Origin: Octopus vulgaris
Lineage: Eukaryota
Length of the DNA stretch: 64,000 nucleotides
Direction: 5' to 3'
Assembly: GCA_951406725.2 (NCBI GenBank)
Contig: OX597822.1
Location: forward strand, 60,016,001-60,080,000
Position numbers and translations under genes: made by a program. The notes below the pieces were generated by a model. It did not search any database. It saw only the letters and a list, made by a program, of their open reading frames with translations, and was not told the origin of the DNA. Below, one piece after another: positions 1-31,390 of the stretch. Numbering within the stretch: the first letter of the stretch is position 1; the number at the start of each line of letters is the position of its first letter.

Positions 1-765
1 TATATGTTAGTACTTTGTTTGTGTGTATGTGCGGCATGTAGAGATATATTTGAGTGTGTACGCTATAGGTTTGTAATTTGTGTGTGTGGGGGGTGGTGAA
101 TTTTTTATATATATATATGTGTGTGAAAAAATATATGTATGTGCATGTATGTATGTATGTATGTGTGTATATATATATATATGTGTATATATATGTGTGT
201 GTGTGTATGTGTGTGTGTGTATATTTATTTGCATGTTTATGTGTGTATAAACATGTACATTATTTGCATGCGCATTGTGTATATGTATATTGTATGTATG
301 TGTATTGTATATGTACGTGTACAATTAAGTGTATATATTTGTGTGTATGTGTGCACTGTATATATGTATATTGTAGGTGTGCTATATGTGCATGAATACA
401 TGTATATGCATTGCGTGTATATATATGTATGCATTGTGTGTGTATGTATGTTATGTGTGTGTGTGTGTATATATATATTATATGTATGCGTATGTGTATG
501 TGTATGCATTGTATGTATGTGTGTTGTGTGTATATGTGGTACATCTATGTATGTGTATGTAAACACTATTTATATGTATATGTGTATATATGTATATGCA
601 TTGTCTATATATATATATATTATATGTATGTATTACGTATGTATATTGCATGCATATATTGTGTATGTATATTACTTACATGCTGTATGTGTGTATTGTA
701 TGTGTGTATATATATGCTAGGTGTATTTGTGTGATATTTATATTATGTATGTATGTGTGCGTGTG

Positions 766-806
<41 letters not shown>

Positions 807-1025
807 GTGTGTGTATGTGTGTTATATATCTGTGTATGTTATATATAGATACATGTTATATTTGTGTGCTGTGTGTATATGTGATATATGTGGGTGCGTT
901 GTGTGTGGGTGTGTGTGTTCTGTGTGTGTGTGTGTTGTTTGTATGTGGTGTGTGTTTGTATACTATGTGTGTGTGTGTGTGTGTTGTTGTGTGTGTGTGT
1001 GTTTGTGTGTATATATATGTGTGTG
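1..1025. repeat. Degenerate (TG)n/(TA)n/(TATG)n compound microsatellite
   Basis: Directly visible; explains the spurious Y/V/C/M-rich ORFs. Confidence 0.95.
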
Positions 1026-1384
1026 ACAAACAGATGCTGTCTGACCAGCAGGCACGGACACATCTATTCACACCCGCATACTAACCTCCTGATAACCCCA
1101 AAATCATTCATGCATAAAGGGGAAGTATACACCACATTGGCTACTTCTTCTGTTCTCTCAGTTCAGCCTTTCTGCTAATACTGACAGGTCAGTAAAAACA
1201 TACTTAAAATATTCTGAGATGTACAAAAAAGCCATTTTAATTTTTGCTGTCAAAACGCTGTATATATATACCAAAGATTGTATATATATACATGTAATGT
1301 GACAATTTGCGACAACCAATAATTAACGCAACCAATTCCCAATAATATATTTGTTTTATCCTTTTCTGCCAAATTTTCCCAAAT

Positions 1385-1612
1385 AATGTGACAATTATGT
1401 ATAAAAAAACATTTTTGAATTCATAATATCCAATGTGACAATTATGTAAAAAACATTTTTGAATTCATAATATCCAATGTGACAATTATGTAAAAAACTT
1501 TTTTGAACCCATAATATCCAATGTGACAATTATGTAAAAAACTTTTTTGAATGCATAATATTCAATGTGACAATTATGTAAAAAACTTTTTTTGAACCCA
1601 TATTATTCAATG
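1385..1612. repeat. 44-bp minisatellite, about 5 copies
   Basis: Unit AATGTGACAATTATGTAAAAAAC(A/T)TTTTTGAA...ATAATATCC starting at 1385, 1432, 1476, 1520 and 1564. Confidence 0.9.
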
Positions 1613-1727
1613 TTTCCTTAAATGTAACTTTTGACAATCTTTTACCAAAGAGTGAAACCGGTTAAGTAAATAAACATCGTTTAAATTGCATTTTCAAACC
1701 TTTTTTCTTATATATATATATATATAT

Positions 1728-1921
1728 ATTATTTTACAGAAGGAGCTTTACAGGACTAGAACTGTTTCATTCAAAAGAAATCATCAGCTTCCTGATGATT
1801 TCTTTTGAATGAAACAGTTCTAGTCCTGTAGAAGCTCCTTCTATAAAATAAATTAATTTACTCTGCTATGTATTGAGTACCTTATTTACTGTGGTTAACC
1901 CCGACTCAACCCGGGACCTAC

Positions 1922-1952
<31 letters not shown>

Positions 1953-2178
1953 AAATTATAACAAAGAAGGTCTTTGCAACAAGTTGCTAGACCACATACC
2001 GAAAGTATTAGAAATACTATTTCTAATACTTTCGGTATGTGGTCTAGCAACCTGTTGCAAAGACCCTCTTTGTTTTAATTATATAAACTTTTACCGAATA
2101 TGGTCCTTTTCCATACCGAAACACTACTTGGTGAAATTTGTTCGTTTTTATTAAATTAATTATATTTCACCATTTATC

Positions 2179-2263
<85 letters not shown>

Positions 2264-2516
2264 TATAATAAATTAGAGACAAAACCACTATTATGCAAAT
2301 CAAACAGAGAAAGACTTAAGCCAACACATAAAATATAAAATAATTTATATAAATTAAAATTTAAATTATTTTATCTTTTATGTATTGGCTTAAGTCTTTC
2401 TTTGTTTGATTTGCATAATAGTGGTTTTGTCTCTAATTTTTTATAATATAATATTTTATTATAAAATTGGATTCAATCTTAAATCTGATTTTTCCTTGTA
2501 AATTTGGAATTATTCC

Positions 2517-2560
<44 letters not shown>

Positions 2561-2595
2561 TGGTATTATTAAAATACCATCACGAGTGGTAAGCG

Positions 2596-2652
<57 letters not shown>

Positions 2653-3027
2653 CATATATAAATATAGAGATGGTATTATTAAAATACCATCACGTGTGGT
2701 AAGCGAATTATCGGCCGTACAGGCAAATTAATAAAATATATACATACAATATTCGATATGTACATATATACACAAAGGTACTACATGAGTACCTATATCT
2801 CTGAAGATAGAAGTCAAAAAATACTTCTGTACCACCGAATAGTCACAAATCTATTACAGACATGATAGGAAAAAATATCAGTGAACAATAATAATGTTTT
2901 CCCTGAAATGTAATAGATTTGTGACTATTCAGTACTACAGAAGTATTTTTTGACTTCTATCTTTAGCGATATAGGTGCTCATGTAGTACCCTAGTGTATA
3001 TATGTACATATCGAATATTGTATGTAT

Positions 3028-3073
<46 letters not shown>

Positions 3074-3228
3074 TAATGCAATACAAAGTATTGCCTTCCA
3101 GTAAAAAGTAGCCCGTGAGGGAAAAATACACAAATTAGTAAATAAATGGCACAACTAAGTACCGATATTTTTACGTTCGCTATTTCCAGTAAATATCGGT
3201 ACTTAGTTGTGCCATTTATTTACTAATT

Positions 3229-3235
<7 letters not shown>
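1728..3235. repeat. Cluster of foldback (inverted-repeat) elements embedded in (TA)n tracts
   Basis: Hairpins at ~1730-1850, 1955-2080, 2262-2450, 2733-3035 and 3130-3232, separated by TA runs. Confidence 0.8.
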
Positions 3236-3308
<73 letters not shown>

Positions 3309-3325
3309 TATATGCTACAAACATC

Positions 3326-3475
3326 TCAGTTTCCATCAGCCAAATCCATTCACAAGGCTTTGGTCGGTTCGAGGCTACAGAAGAAAACACTTCCTCAAGG
3401 TCTCATTCAGTGGAACTGAACCCACAACCATGTGACTGGGAAGCAAGCTTCTCCCACACAGCCATGCCTGCGCCT
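3326..3475 (-). mobile_element. 5' fragment of a tRNA-derived SINE (same family as 7878-8302)
   Basis: Homologous to 8150-8302; A and B boxes on the minus strand. Confidence 0.75.
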
Positions 3476-4460
3476 ATTTAAGTCTAATTTACGTACGTTG
3501 GGTAAAATCTATAAGGTTGCTTCTTTGTCAATTCATAACATAAAAATTGAACACTGCTAACACCTCATTAATTCATTAGTACAACTAGTTTCCAAGAATG
3601 TGTCATGTATGTACATTGGCGTATCCGAATTAATAAAACCCTTGATAATAATACCTATGTGTATCACCGTTGAAGATTGGAGAACAAAAGCTGCTGATGA
3701 AGTCTCAAAACTGGTCGAGCGGATCCCATTTCATCCACAGCATGGTTGTTTAAAATGACAGTCGTTTACGATTGTCCAATTTATTTATATGTCTCCTATA
3801 CACGCAGGACCGGCTCGAGGTACGGGCAACTCGTGCAGTCGCCCGGGGCGCTATGTTCTGGGAGGCGCCAAGGAATGCGTGACTAAGACAAGGAAATTTC
3901 CACGACTGTCAGCTTGTTCAACTTGCCTGTTCAACATGTACTGTAGGCTAAAATTTTTCTGAAAAAAAAGGAATATTCCTAGCACGTCAGTAATACATAC
4001 AAAACAGAGAGTGGGGGAGGAAGAGACAGACAGACAGAGAGGGGAGAAAGAGAAAGAGAAAGAGAGAGAGAAAGAAAGAGAGAGAGAGGAAGAAAGAGAG
4101 AAAGAGGAAGAAAGAGAGAAAGAGGAAGAAAGAGAGAGAGAGAGAGGCGCTGTCATCGGATAGAATGCCTTCCAGATATTTGTTTCAAATCACTTAGTTT
4201 TCTCTTCGAATCCTGCAGGTGCCAACTTCAGTTTTTTTTTTTCTGACTCAAAAATAAACAAGTAGCAGTCCCGTGCACTCGATTGATAGACTTATTAGTG
4301 CGTCATACAAGATGATACCTTGTACTAATTGCGTTCTGGCGTTAACGGCTACCACAATATGGGTGTCTAAGGGAAAAAACGTTGCATTTACTTTGGAAAA
4401 CATCGGTGGAGTCGACGAAGGCTTTGTATGCATGGGCCACTATTAGATTACTACTACTAC

Positions 4461-4522
<62 letters not shown>

Positions 4523-4552
4523 TTACTACTACCACTACTAAAATTTATAACG

Positions 4553-5010
4553 ATTTATTTTATTCGCCACAAGGACGACGGATAGGGCATTGCAAGGATA
4601 AATTACAAAAATGGTGGTCAGGGTTCGCAGAATAGATTTTGAAAAAAAAAACAGAAAGCATGGAAAACAATAGCTTAAAAAAAAGTTATTTAATCATGTA
4701 ATTAATCAAACATTTAGAACCAAAGAAGGAATCGCATGGGCCTCAGGATATCCTGACAGTAAGGAGCAAGTTCATTCTCTAGCAATGGTGTTCCTTTACC
4801 CAGAAGAAAAAGTTGAGGATTTTCCCATTTAATTGGGCCATTCTCTGCTTTCTAACCTCCCTTTTAGCAAATTTGCTGGAGTGTAGTGTATCGTTCTCCG
4901 TATCTTCTCCTCCAAGTAGTAATTGAAAAAGTTGAGAGTTTTGCCAATAAGGAAAGTGACCGTTTGCGCTATGTTCAATCTTGTTAGGATGCAATCTCTT
5001 TTACAACAAC
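4553..5010 (-). mobile_element. Degenerate 3' fragment of a Tx1/L1-like LINE
   Basis: Translation KRDCILTRL...FLIGKTLNFFNYYLEEKIR resembles the ORF2 C-terminus at 27952-28170. The 3' end TTTATTCGCCACA resembles the end at 27610. Confidence 0.6.
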
Positions 5011-5779
5011 TACTTTGCGTAGTATAACTTTTCAGCAGCAGCAGCAGCAGCAGCAGTAACAACGACAACAACAACAACAACAGCAATGACAGCAATGACA
5101 ACAACGACAAAAACCAAATAGATATTGTATAATTGTATGTTTGGTTTTTATATATCTTTTCATCTTTATATTTACTTTAAAAGGTTTCGTTCATTTTGTT
5201 TACGTTAAAAGAATAAAACTCCAATACATTTACAAATTAGTTTGTTACAACAGAAAAATTTCTTTTCAGTCATTTCCTTTCCACACCTTCATACGTGTTT
5301 TTGTAATTCTTGCTGTCATCGTTGTCACACTCGCCGTTAGTGCTGGTATTCTTTTCCTCTTTATCCCCTCCTTTTTCTCTCCATCGTTTCCTTTTCCTTT
5401 TCCTTACCCATAATGGTGCCTTGATTGGTACAATTAGAAAAACAAATATCTAGAGATTACTTTTCATTGGTCATCTGGTGCAACATTCAAACCCGGACAA
5501 CTTTGTGTAAACTTTGGCATACGCTATTGTTCCCACTGACCATATCCTATAAATACTGGACTTTCTCGTGTTGCCTACCAGAATTGCCTTGTTTGCTCAC
5601 CGGACTTATTCAGAGAATTCAGTGAGTTCATTTCTGCACCGGAGCTCCCTGTGAGTTTAAGTCGCTGTTCAATACGTCGACTAGCGTCGCCTTTGCAGGG
5701 ACGAGTGGACTAGTGATAATTATACATACACTGTATATATCTAAAAGCTCATAAGACAATTCTTAATAAGGCAATCAGC

Positions 5780-22486
<16,707 letters not shown>

Positions 22487-25400
22487 ACAAGGAAACAGAA
22501 TTTCTATTATTCCAAATAATTTCCCCTGCAGTATGGAATATGAAGAATCCATTGTACCATATGATAATGACGGTTTTAATTTGCACATATACTAATGAAT
22601 ATTGGTTTTCTGCAGCGATTATTTTCTTTCTAAACATACATATATATGTTTCATCTTTAATGTATTAATATTCCTGTCTAATTCATATGCTTTATCCTGT
22701 GCTTCTTTGTCACAATTCTTCTGGAAGTGTTTGCAACCAAATTTATGCACTACATATCCAATAAATTAAACAACAGAACCCATTTCAGATTAGGTGAATT
22801 AATATTGCTATGAAAATGAAATAAACAAATTACCAGGCTAATTTTAACAGTATGTCTTTGTGTTTCTTGCTTTTTTGCCTTTATTTCTCTTTACATATTT
22901 TCCCATCCTTTCCAATCAAGTTTTCTTTGTAGTTTCTTCAGACATGTCTCTGTCACATAAATATCAGAACCAGTGCTGAGATCACACGATGATATGCATT
23001 TTGAACACAGTTACTCTATATTTTTTCTGAATAAACTTTAATATACTATACAGACAGATTTAAATATATAAGCAGTTATGATTTTGCATCCTCCACCATA
23101 CAATTAATTTACAACATAGAAGCTCCCACTGTTAGGCACTAAATCTTTCTCAAATTACTTTATTCAATACGTAAAAACGCTTACTGAACAATGCAGTCTA
23201 GTCTTAGATATGCATTGTCTTAACAAAGAAATTGTCAAGTGTAGCTGGAATGTTTTTAGTTATAGGTCTGCTAGATAAGGACTGACTTGAGGTTACATAA
23301 CCACAACAGGACAATTTGCTTTTGCTTATGAAGAAGCTTTTGCTGTTCGTTGTGTTTTACGATTTTTGTAAAGGACAGTAGTTACCTTGTTGATAACTGT
23401 CTATAAAATGTAAAATCTATGTTATCAATGTCCAGCAGCAGTTAATCAATTGCACATTATAAGATGGAATCTTTAGTAATGATACAATTTCTATAAGAGA
23501 CATTACCAGCTGGAAAACAAGCTTTTAGATTGATAACGACATGTTTCAGGAAAACTTTCCTAAAGCGGGTACCTTGGAGAATTTACCACTGTTGGCACCA
23601 GGATATAGACAGTCTGATTATTTTTATGACAAAAATTCAAAAAGTGTAGTGATATTCTATTTCAAAAAGTGTAGTGATATTAATTCAAATTAATGTTTTT
23701 CCAGTTTCCATTGATCACTCGGTCGATTGATCACTGGATGAGTGAATGAATGGATGGAAAGAGGAGGAGGTGATTGGGGAGAAGAAGGATGAACACGTAC
23801 ATTCGTACATACATACAAATATGAATGGATGGATAAATATATACATTCATGCATACATATGAATGTATGCATGCATTCATATAGAAAAGATAAATAAACA
23901 ACACATAACAACCAATAGTTTTCAAACTTAAATTTATTTCACTTCGAAAGAACATAGATAAATTGGCATATCTGATGCATTTAAGAAAAACAATTTCAGT
24001 TGGATATTGTCAAAATAGTTCAGTTTATATATCAACAACCTGAAAATTACCTGTTTATTTTACTTCAAATAATTTCACGTGAACTTTAATTATTTATTGA
24101 TTTATTATTTGCTTTTCACTGATGAGGAATAGACATTTTAGAACTGGAGCTTGTACATACACGGGTTAAAGATTTGGTTGTACTTTCAAGATCATTATCT
24201 ACAAAAGAATTTAGATTTTTAAAGTTCTTATAAAATAAATCTAATTTGTTTACTTCTTTGCATTCAGAGTACTCTGTCAAATGTAATGTTTATTCATATT
24301 ACTTAGAATTAATCACGTATTGTATTGTAGCTTAAATGCGTCAATGATATGATTATTTATTTTTAATTGGACATTGTAGGATAAGTGTAAAAGACCAAAT
24401 TTGGCCACTTTCAATATAAAAGAAGTAGAATATTATGGTTGCTTTAAATGCTAGTGTTGATTTACTTACCATCAAGAAAAAACAGTCAACATATTGCTCT
24501 TTGTAAATAGTATTAAAAGTGAGCTTGAATCTTGCCAAACTGAAATGTGAATATGAACGGTATAAAACAAGTCTCACGTAAATTGGACAACTGGTTGCTG
24601 AGATATTACGGGTTTTCGGGGTAAAACGGTACATAATGGGAAAATACTCCGAAAATAGCTTAACCCTGAGGAGAAGAAACTCTAACCTTTCGAATAGACA
24701 CAGTGACTTGACAACGAGAAAATACGATTTGTTTTTTATAGTAAATGTTTCTATTTTCGCTTTTGTTAAATACAATATCTTAATCATTTAGAAATATTCT
24801 TAAGCGAATATGATTTCAAAAATGTGTCTTGCTTGAACAATATGTATTTATATTTTAGCTTTCTTTCAACAGACAGAATTTTAATGATTTCTAAAATTAT
24901 TTTCAAATAAATACCATTTCAAAATATTTTTTGGCTTATTTAAAGAATATTTTAAAGTGAAAATGGCTTTAAAAATACGGTAAATATTTCGTAAAAGACC
25001 CGTTCGTAACCTCGGTGTGAAATAATTTTTTCCATAGGTTATTTTCGAGTGCATTCAACGTATCTCACCCCCAAAGATTTGGCTGCTATTCCTAGCAAGC
25101 CCTGCTAACACGTAAAGGACCCGAAATAACAGTTATGTGGTAGCAGGGCATGCAAGAAATAACAGCCAAATTTTTTCTTTTCTGAGGAAAGAAGCCGTTT
25201 CGCTGATGCTTTCAACGAAGTTGACATTGAAATCACGCGAAATTACCTGGAAAAGAAAAACAAAACACGAAACAAAACTCAGTTGTTAGGAAAATCAGAC
25301 TTACCCAGTGATCCAAGCAATTCACTACCGGTGACCCGACGGGTCACCGGTCGTGAAGTAGTCGATAAAGATGAAGACATCAGAATATAACTAGTCAGGT

Positions 25401-27407
25401 TTAATCAAAACCTAGAAAGTTATCCTGTAGTCATTATTATATAAAATTTTCAGGTCTAACATATTCTGCAGTATATGATAAGGCCCCTCTGTTGTAGCAT
25501 TATCTGCAAGAAACAGCTGCAAAAGTCATCTTTCAATCACAAATTAACTAGAAAATATGAAACATCATTAAGGTGGGTTCATCTATATGACAAAATAAAT
25601 AAGGCTGTGCAGTCAAACAATACACAACAGAGAAATAAACCAACAACATGTCATATATCTTTTACTTGTTTCACTCATTTGACTGAGGACATGGTGCACT
25701 GCCTAGAAGTGTTTCGTCAAACAAATCATCTCCAGTACATTTTTTAAGGTTAGAACGTATTCTTTATTGGTCTTTTGCTTAACTGTTAGGTTACAGGGAT
25801 GTAAACAAACCATCACAGGTTCTCAGACAGTGTGGTTGGGTGGAGTAGATGAAGAAAGACTGATAAAATATATTGGCAAGAAATCTTGAAATAAAACTGA
25901 ATAACACACGCACAGAAGCACACGCGCGCACACTCAAAAACAACCATACACACCCACACGCGACACGTATGCGCGCACATACACATGCAGACACGCACAC
26001 ACACGCAAAGACACACACACAAGCACACACACAAGCACACACACATACACACACACATACACACACACACACACATACATACATACATACATACATACAT
26101 ACATACATACATACATACATACATACATACATACAGTCAGGTGACTGGTACATGTTTTCTAAATAATTTTTCCTGATTGTAATTGAGGTTGCTAATAAAT
26201 AATAATGGATAATATTTGGACTTTAACAATCAATATCCTTCCTTCTGTTGTATTGCAAGTCAACTGTTTTCTAACACTGTCTTAATTAAGTAATTTTCAA
26301 TTTTCAAAAACTGATGTTTAAGATGGTTTAAAATGAATCATGAATAATTTCAAAAGTGTCTTCTCTTTAACTGCACGGTACGGAAATATATCAGTAAGAG
26401 AGCCACTCCAGAAGTTCGTGAAGAAACTATAATATTTTGCGTTGATTTTGTTGATTTATTCGAGTTTCGGTAATTTCGTACCATGTGTCATTTTTCCGTG
26501 ATCCTCCTTCATTTAACATAGATATCTTAAATATTTGCTGCATTTCTGATCTTCCTGATGTCTAAATTAGGATATTGATGTGTATGAGTTTGTTTTCAAA
26601 TGTAATTCTGGAGAACTGAAGAGGCACGTTTACTTGAACTTGGGTTACTCATTTTGCCCCAGCTAAATTTATCTATGATGTGCTCAAAGAGAACGGTGAT
26701 AATTTTCTGAAATTTTGGTCATATTATTTTATGATGCTTTTAATGCATTTTGGGAAGATCATTTGCTTAGCTGATATTGTTTTTGCAAGGTTGTGAACAG
26801 TTGTAAAAAATACGTCTTCTTAAAGTCAATCATGCAGTAAAAATCCCTCATTGTGCACCACCCATCCCTGTTGAAAACGAAAACTATTTATAAATTTCCT
26901 TTAAAACAAGTTAAGTACAACAATTCATTTTCTTTCTATTTGTGATAAATTTACATCTTTTAATAGAACATACATACGTGTTAACTATATACCAAAGATG
27001 TTGGAATCTGGCTCCCTCCTCAGTGGAAAATTTATAAAAATTAAAGAATAGAAGAGACATACATATATACATTCATAAGGAAAGAGTGACAGAGAGAGGG
27101 AGTGCGCGTGTGTGTGTGTGTGTATGTTCGGTGAGAGCAAGCTAAACAGTGACTGAACGCATCTGCTGTGTCAGTTGATTTGTGAATTTCCACGCTCTTC
27201 ATTCAGGACAAACAATCGATTAAAAGGAATGAGTTCTCAAATGGTATGAAAATCTGAAATGATTGAGAGGAAACAATTGAAGTGGACAGGGTCTGAGTCA
27301 TTTATTTTAATTGTGTATTGGGAAAGAGATCGAGTTAAAAAAAAAAAACATAGGCAGGTAGATGCATAGACAGAGAGAGAGAGAGATAGGCTGACTGACA
27401 CACAGAC

Positions 27408-27423
27408 AGGTAGATAGATAGAT

Positions 27424-27494
<71 letters not shown>

Positions 27495-27528
27495 CATACA
27501 GACAGACAGATAGATAGATCGATCGATC

Positions 27529-27603
<75 letters not shown>
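27408..27603. repeat. (GATA)n microsatellite flanking the LINE 3' end
   Basis: Directly visible. Confidence 0.95.
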
Positions 27604-27604
<1 letters not shown>

Positions 27605-27951
27605 TGTTTCTTTATTAGCCACACAGGGCTGCACACAGACAGAACAAATTACAAGGTAGAGCTTTTCTTTTGGGATAAAAAAGGAGGTTTGGTATTCGAT
27701 CAAAAGGGATCGTAAAAGGAAAGAAAGAGGACAAAAAAAAGGGGGTGGGATAAAAAATAAAAGGAAAAGAAAAAAATCGATCAATAGGGATCGTTATCAC
27801 AGAAATGTCAATATAAAGTGTAAAGGGGAGGACAGGTGTGGTTTACCCGTGGAAAGAAAAGCCTACGGAAAAGCCACGGTAACCTCGGTCAATGAAGTCA
27901 CATGTTATATTTTTTTACAAATAAGCAACTCTCTGTATTAATTTTTACGCT

Positions 27952-30900
27952 TCATAGGATCATAGTCAAGGTGGCTTCGTCATTCATACGTGCCATCCTT
28001 GCTACATTCACCCATCTTTTTTTAAAACATTCACTAGACAAAACTTGCCTCTCTACTCTCACTTTCCTCTTCAAGTGATACTTGAAGAAGTTGATGAGAG
28101 ATTGACCAGAGAGGAAAGTGTTTGTCTCTAATCCTTTTAGGCGCGTCCACCAGATACATTCTTTCGCCATAGCCACAAGTATGATAAAAATAGCTCTTCC
28201 TTCTCGTTTGAAGGAAGGAGGCGTGACGATATTAACGATAGACTCGGCTGATAAACCGACACGTCCCACACGTGACAGCAGTCGTTCGACATAAGCCCAC
28301 AGGTCGGGATTGTTGGACACTGCACGATTGCGTGCAGAACGGTTTCGTCCCACACGTGACAGCAGTTGTTCGACATAAGCCCACAGGTCGGAAATTGTTG
28401 GACACTGCACGAGTGCGTGCAGAACGGTTTCGTCGCTCTGACCGCATCTCGGGCAGGTCGGCCCCGTGTTTCTCGAGCCGTGTCTGTAGAGCTTCTCCTG
28501 AACGGGTAGCGCTTCTCGGTAGCACTGCCAGGCCAGGTTCGCCCCGAGCTCGTCGTCGTACCTCCCCTCCACTAATCCCCTATAGAATGCTTTGGTTGTG
28601 TTGAAGTCACTCAAGGTCGACCCAGGACGGCAGAGTTGCTTGAGAGCAACGCGACACTCGCGGTGCCATTCGCCCTTCCTCGGCCTCTTTTTGATCCACG
28701 ACTGCAGTTCGGTCATGGAGACGAGCTGCGGGAAAGCGTGCCTCACAAACGGCGACCACACCTGTTCACCGTCGTCTACATAGAGCCAGAGATGTCGCAG
28801 TCTCAGCGCGTGTCTGCGCATCATCAACCACGGCATGCCCAGCCCTCCTTTTAACGGGTGTTGACAGCAAATGGATCGCCTGACCATCGGGACGCATCCT
28901 TTCCACAAGAAGCGAAAGAGAATGCGTTGTAGTTTGGTGATGGTAGGGTCGGGACAAGGTACGACGGTCAGGCGGTAGTAGATGACGGACGCGATGTACG
29001 TGTTCGCCACCTCCGTCCGACCTTTTAGGGACAGTTTCCTCTCGGCCCATTGCCGGGCGAGAGTGACCACCCTACTCGTTATCTCGTTCCAGTTCTTTCC
29101 ACTTGGAGGTCCGGACCAAACCAGACCCCGAGCAACTCAACCGGGCCGTCGGTCCAGCGTCCCACGACGGAGGCGCTGGTGGACAACATGGGCTTGCTTC
29201 TCCAGGTGCCTAGTCGCAAGCCCACTGACTTTTCCCGGTTGATTTTCGCTCCTGTCACCGCTTCGTAGTTTTTCAGTGTCTCGCCTACCTGCTCGATGTG
29301 CTCGTGGCTAGACACTATGACGGTGACGTCGTCCGCGTATGCAGACACGCTCGTCCCACATCCCAGTTCTCGCGGAATGCCCCTCAAAGTTGCCAGCTTC
29401 CGCAATAATGGCTCGAGAGTCAATACGCATAGAAGCGACGAGAGGGGGCATCCCTGACGGACCGAACGTGCGATGTCGAAGGGTCTCGATAGATGTCCAT
29501 TCACGCGAATTACCGAACGGATGCCTCTGTACAAAGCGGCTATGCAGCCGCGGAAGACGGACCGAAGCCAGCCGCTCTGAGGACCGCCTCCAAGTACCGA
29601 TGGTCTACCCTATCGAAAGCTTTCGATTGATCCAAATTGATCAGCGCCCCACCCATGCCAGGTTCGTTAACTACCCTGTCTATGATGTAGCGCATCAGGT
29701 GGAGGTTGTCATGGATGGTCCGGCCCGGCACGGCGCATGTTTGCGCCTTGTCGATCAGTTTCTCGATGACAAGCGCCAACCTCTTGGCTAGCACCTTGGC
29801 CAAAATTTTCAAGTCTGCATTAAGCAGAGTGATGGGCCTAAAGTTATCTATTACATTTCCCTTGTTTAGGTCTTTCTTCAGCAGTGTTACGGCTCCTCAG
29901 CTCACAAAACCAGGAAACCAGGAATGCTCCCGTTTTGCTGCCAGTTGCAGTACACCGCCGCCAAGAGATCTCCAAACAAGTCTGGCATACAATTGTAAAG
30001 CTCGTAGGGTAGACCATCCAAACCCGGTGATTTGTCCCTCGAACATTTTGCCATCTTGTCGAGAGTCGTGGTAGGCTATGTAGGTAGGCACTGAAGTCCA
30101 CCCTACGTTCTTGCCCTCCACTCATCCCGAACAGTCGGGCAAAATGCTGCTGAAAGGCCTCACACATTTTACTTGGCTCGAGCAATTCGCGCCCCTGTTC
30201 ATCTACCAGGGACCGAATGGTGGCTTTGTTGCCCTGTTGCGCCTCTGCCACCCGGGCCTCTCTCGCGGCTCCAACACCTTCGTTCCTTAGAGCACGCATC
30301 CTAGCTCTGACAGCACATCCTTCGTGTTTGGCGTTGTAGTGTTGGTCGAGGGCCAACCTCGCCGCCAAAACGTCGGATGCGATGCCGCTTCTAATTGCCT
30401 CTTCTAGCTTCTTAACTAGCTCACCCTCTACTCTATTTCTATCTATGGATAGTGCTTTGCTGTACTTAATCGCTTCTGCTTTTACTGCTCTCTTGAGGGC
30501 AAACCACCATTTGTTGTTGATGATGGCTCCCGTCAAAGCCCTCTTTACTAGTGTGCTAATCCGGTCTCTGAAAACCTGTCTCGATGGGAAAGACGCGTTT
30601 AGTTTCCAGTATCCGGGACCCTGCCTAAGTGTCTTACCTAAGTCTAGCGTACATGTCACAAGTTTGTGATCCGTGTAGCTGACTATGTGGAATTGTGGAC
30701 ATCCTATGCTATCTCTGTCTACTGTCCTACACAGTATCCTATCTAGATACGATCTCGACGACCCGATGCGGTTGCTCCATGTCCACGTTGGCGCATTCGG
30801 GTGGTCTAGTCGGAACCTGTCAGACAGTTGAAAGCGTCTGAGCAGGTCTCTGAGGCATTTGCATCCCCGTCTATTCCTATCTCTACCCACGTAGTCTACA

Positions 30901-31346
30901 TGCGTGTCCAAGGTAGCATTCCAATCCCCCACTAAGAGTAAAGGACGAGACGTTCCCAAGAATACTTCTAGACGTTGAAAGAAATCCGCCCGGCCTGTTA
31001 AGGGCGGTGCGGAGACTGATACGAGTCGAAAAGCGCACCCATTGCTGCTGTTGACATCCAGGACGACCAGTCTACCCTCCGGGTCTACGAATATTGTCCT
31101 TACTTTGAGATCCAGACTCTTGCGAAAAAGTACCGCGATGCCACTACCGCCCATTCTCGGGAGACAGGGGGAAAAATAAATGTTGAACTGTCCGCCAAAC
31201 ATGGTCTTTAGGGCCAGCGGATTGTGGAGTCTGGTCTCACTTATGGCTATGATTTCTAACTTATGTGACTTTATGTCATTTAAGAGGTACCCTTGTTTCC
31301 AAGGGGACCCCAAGCCACGCGCATTTACACAACCAATCTTGATCAT
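27952..31346 (-). pseudogene. LINE ORF2 (endonuclease-reverse transcriptase), split by frameshifts and deletions
   Basis: ORF fragments 29844-31346, 29540-29812, 29079-29534 and 27952-29070; 84-bp internal tandem duplication at 28262/28346. Confidence 0.88.
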
Positions 31347-31390
31347 AATCCTAATGAATTAGAATACAAGTGAAAGGAACAGAGGGTTAC

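Noticed and set aside
1-1178. Many overlapping 60-190 aa ORFs rich in Y/V/C/M or H/T/I (also near 5.8-8.7, 25.8-27.8, 39-47 and 63 kb)
   Set aside because: They are translations of dinucleotide and tetranucleotide microsatellites with no splice or domain support.
1385-1612. CRISPR-like array
   Set aside because: The units are contiguous tandem repeats without unique spacers, in eukaryotic DNA.
3805-3875. GC-rich CAGGACCGGC.. segment resembling a hAT terminus
   Set aside because: No matching second TIR or TSD found.
5651-5698. Tiny 5' UTR intron (GTGAGT...TTTGCAG) or promoter call upstream of exon 1
   Set aside because: Only 48 nt, the acceptor is not conserved in copy B, and there is no unambiguous TATA or initiator element.
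26300-26900. Possible decayed coding or transposase fragment
   Set aside because: No frame gave a motif I could recognise.
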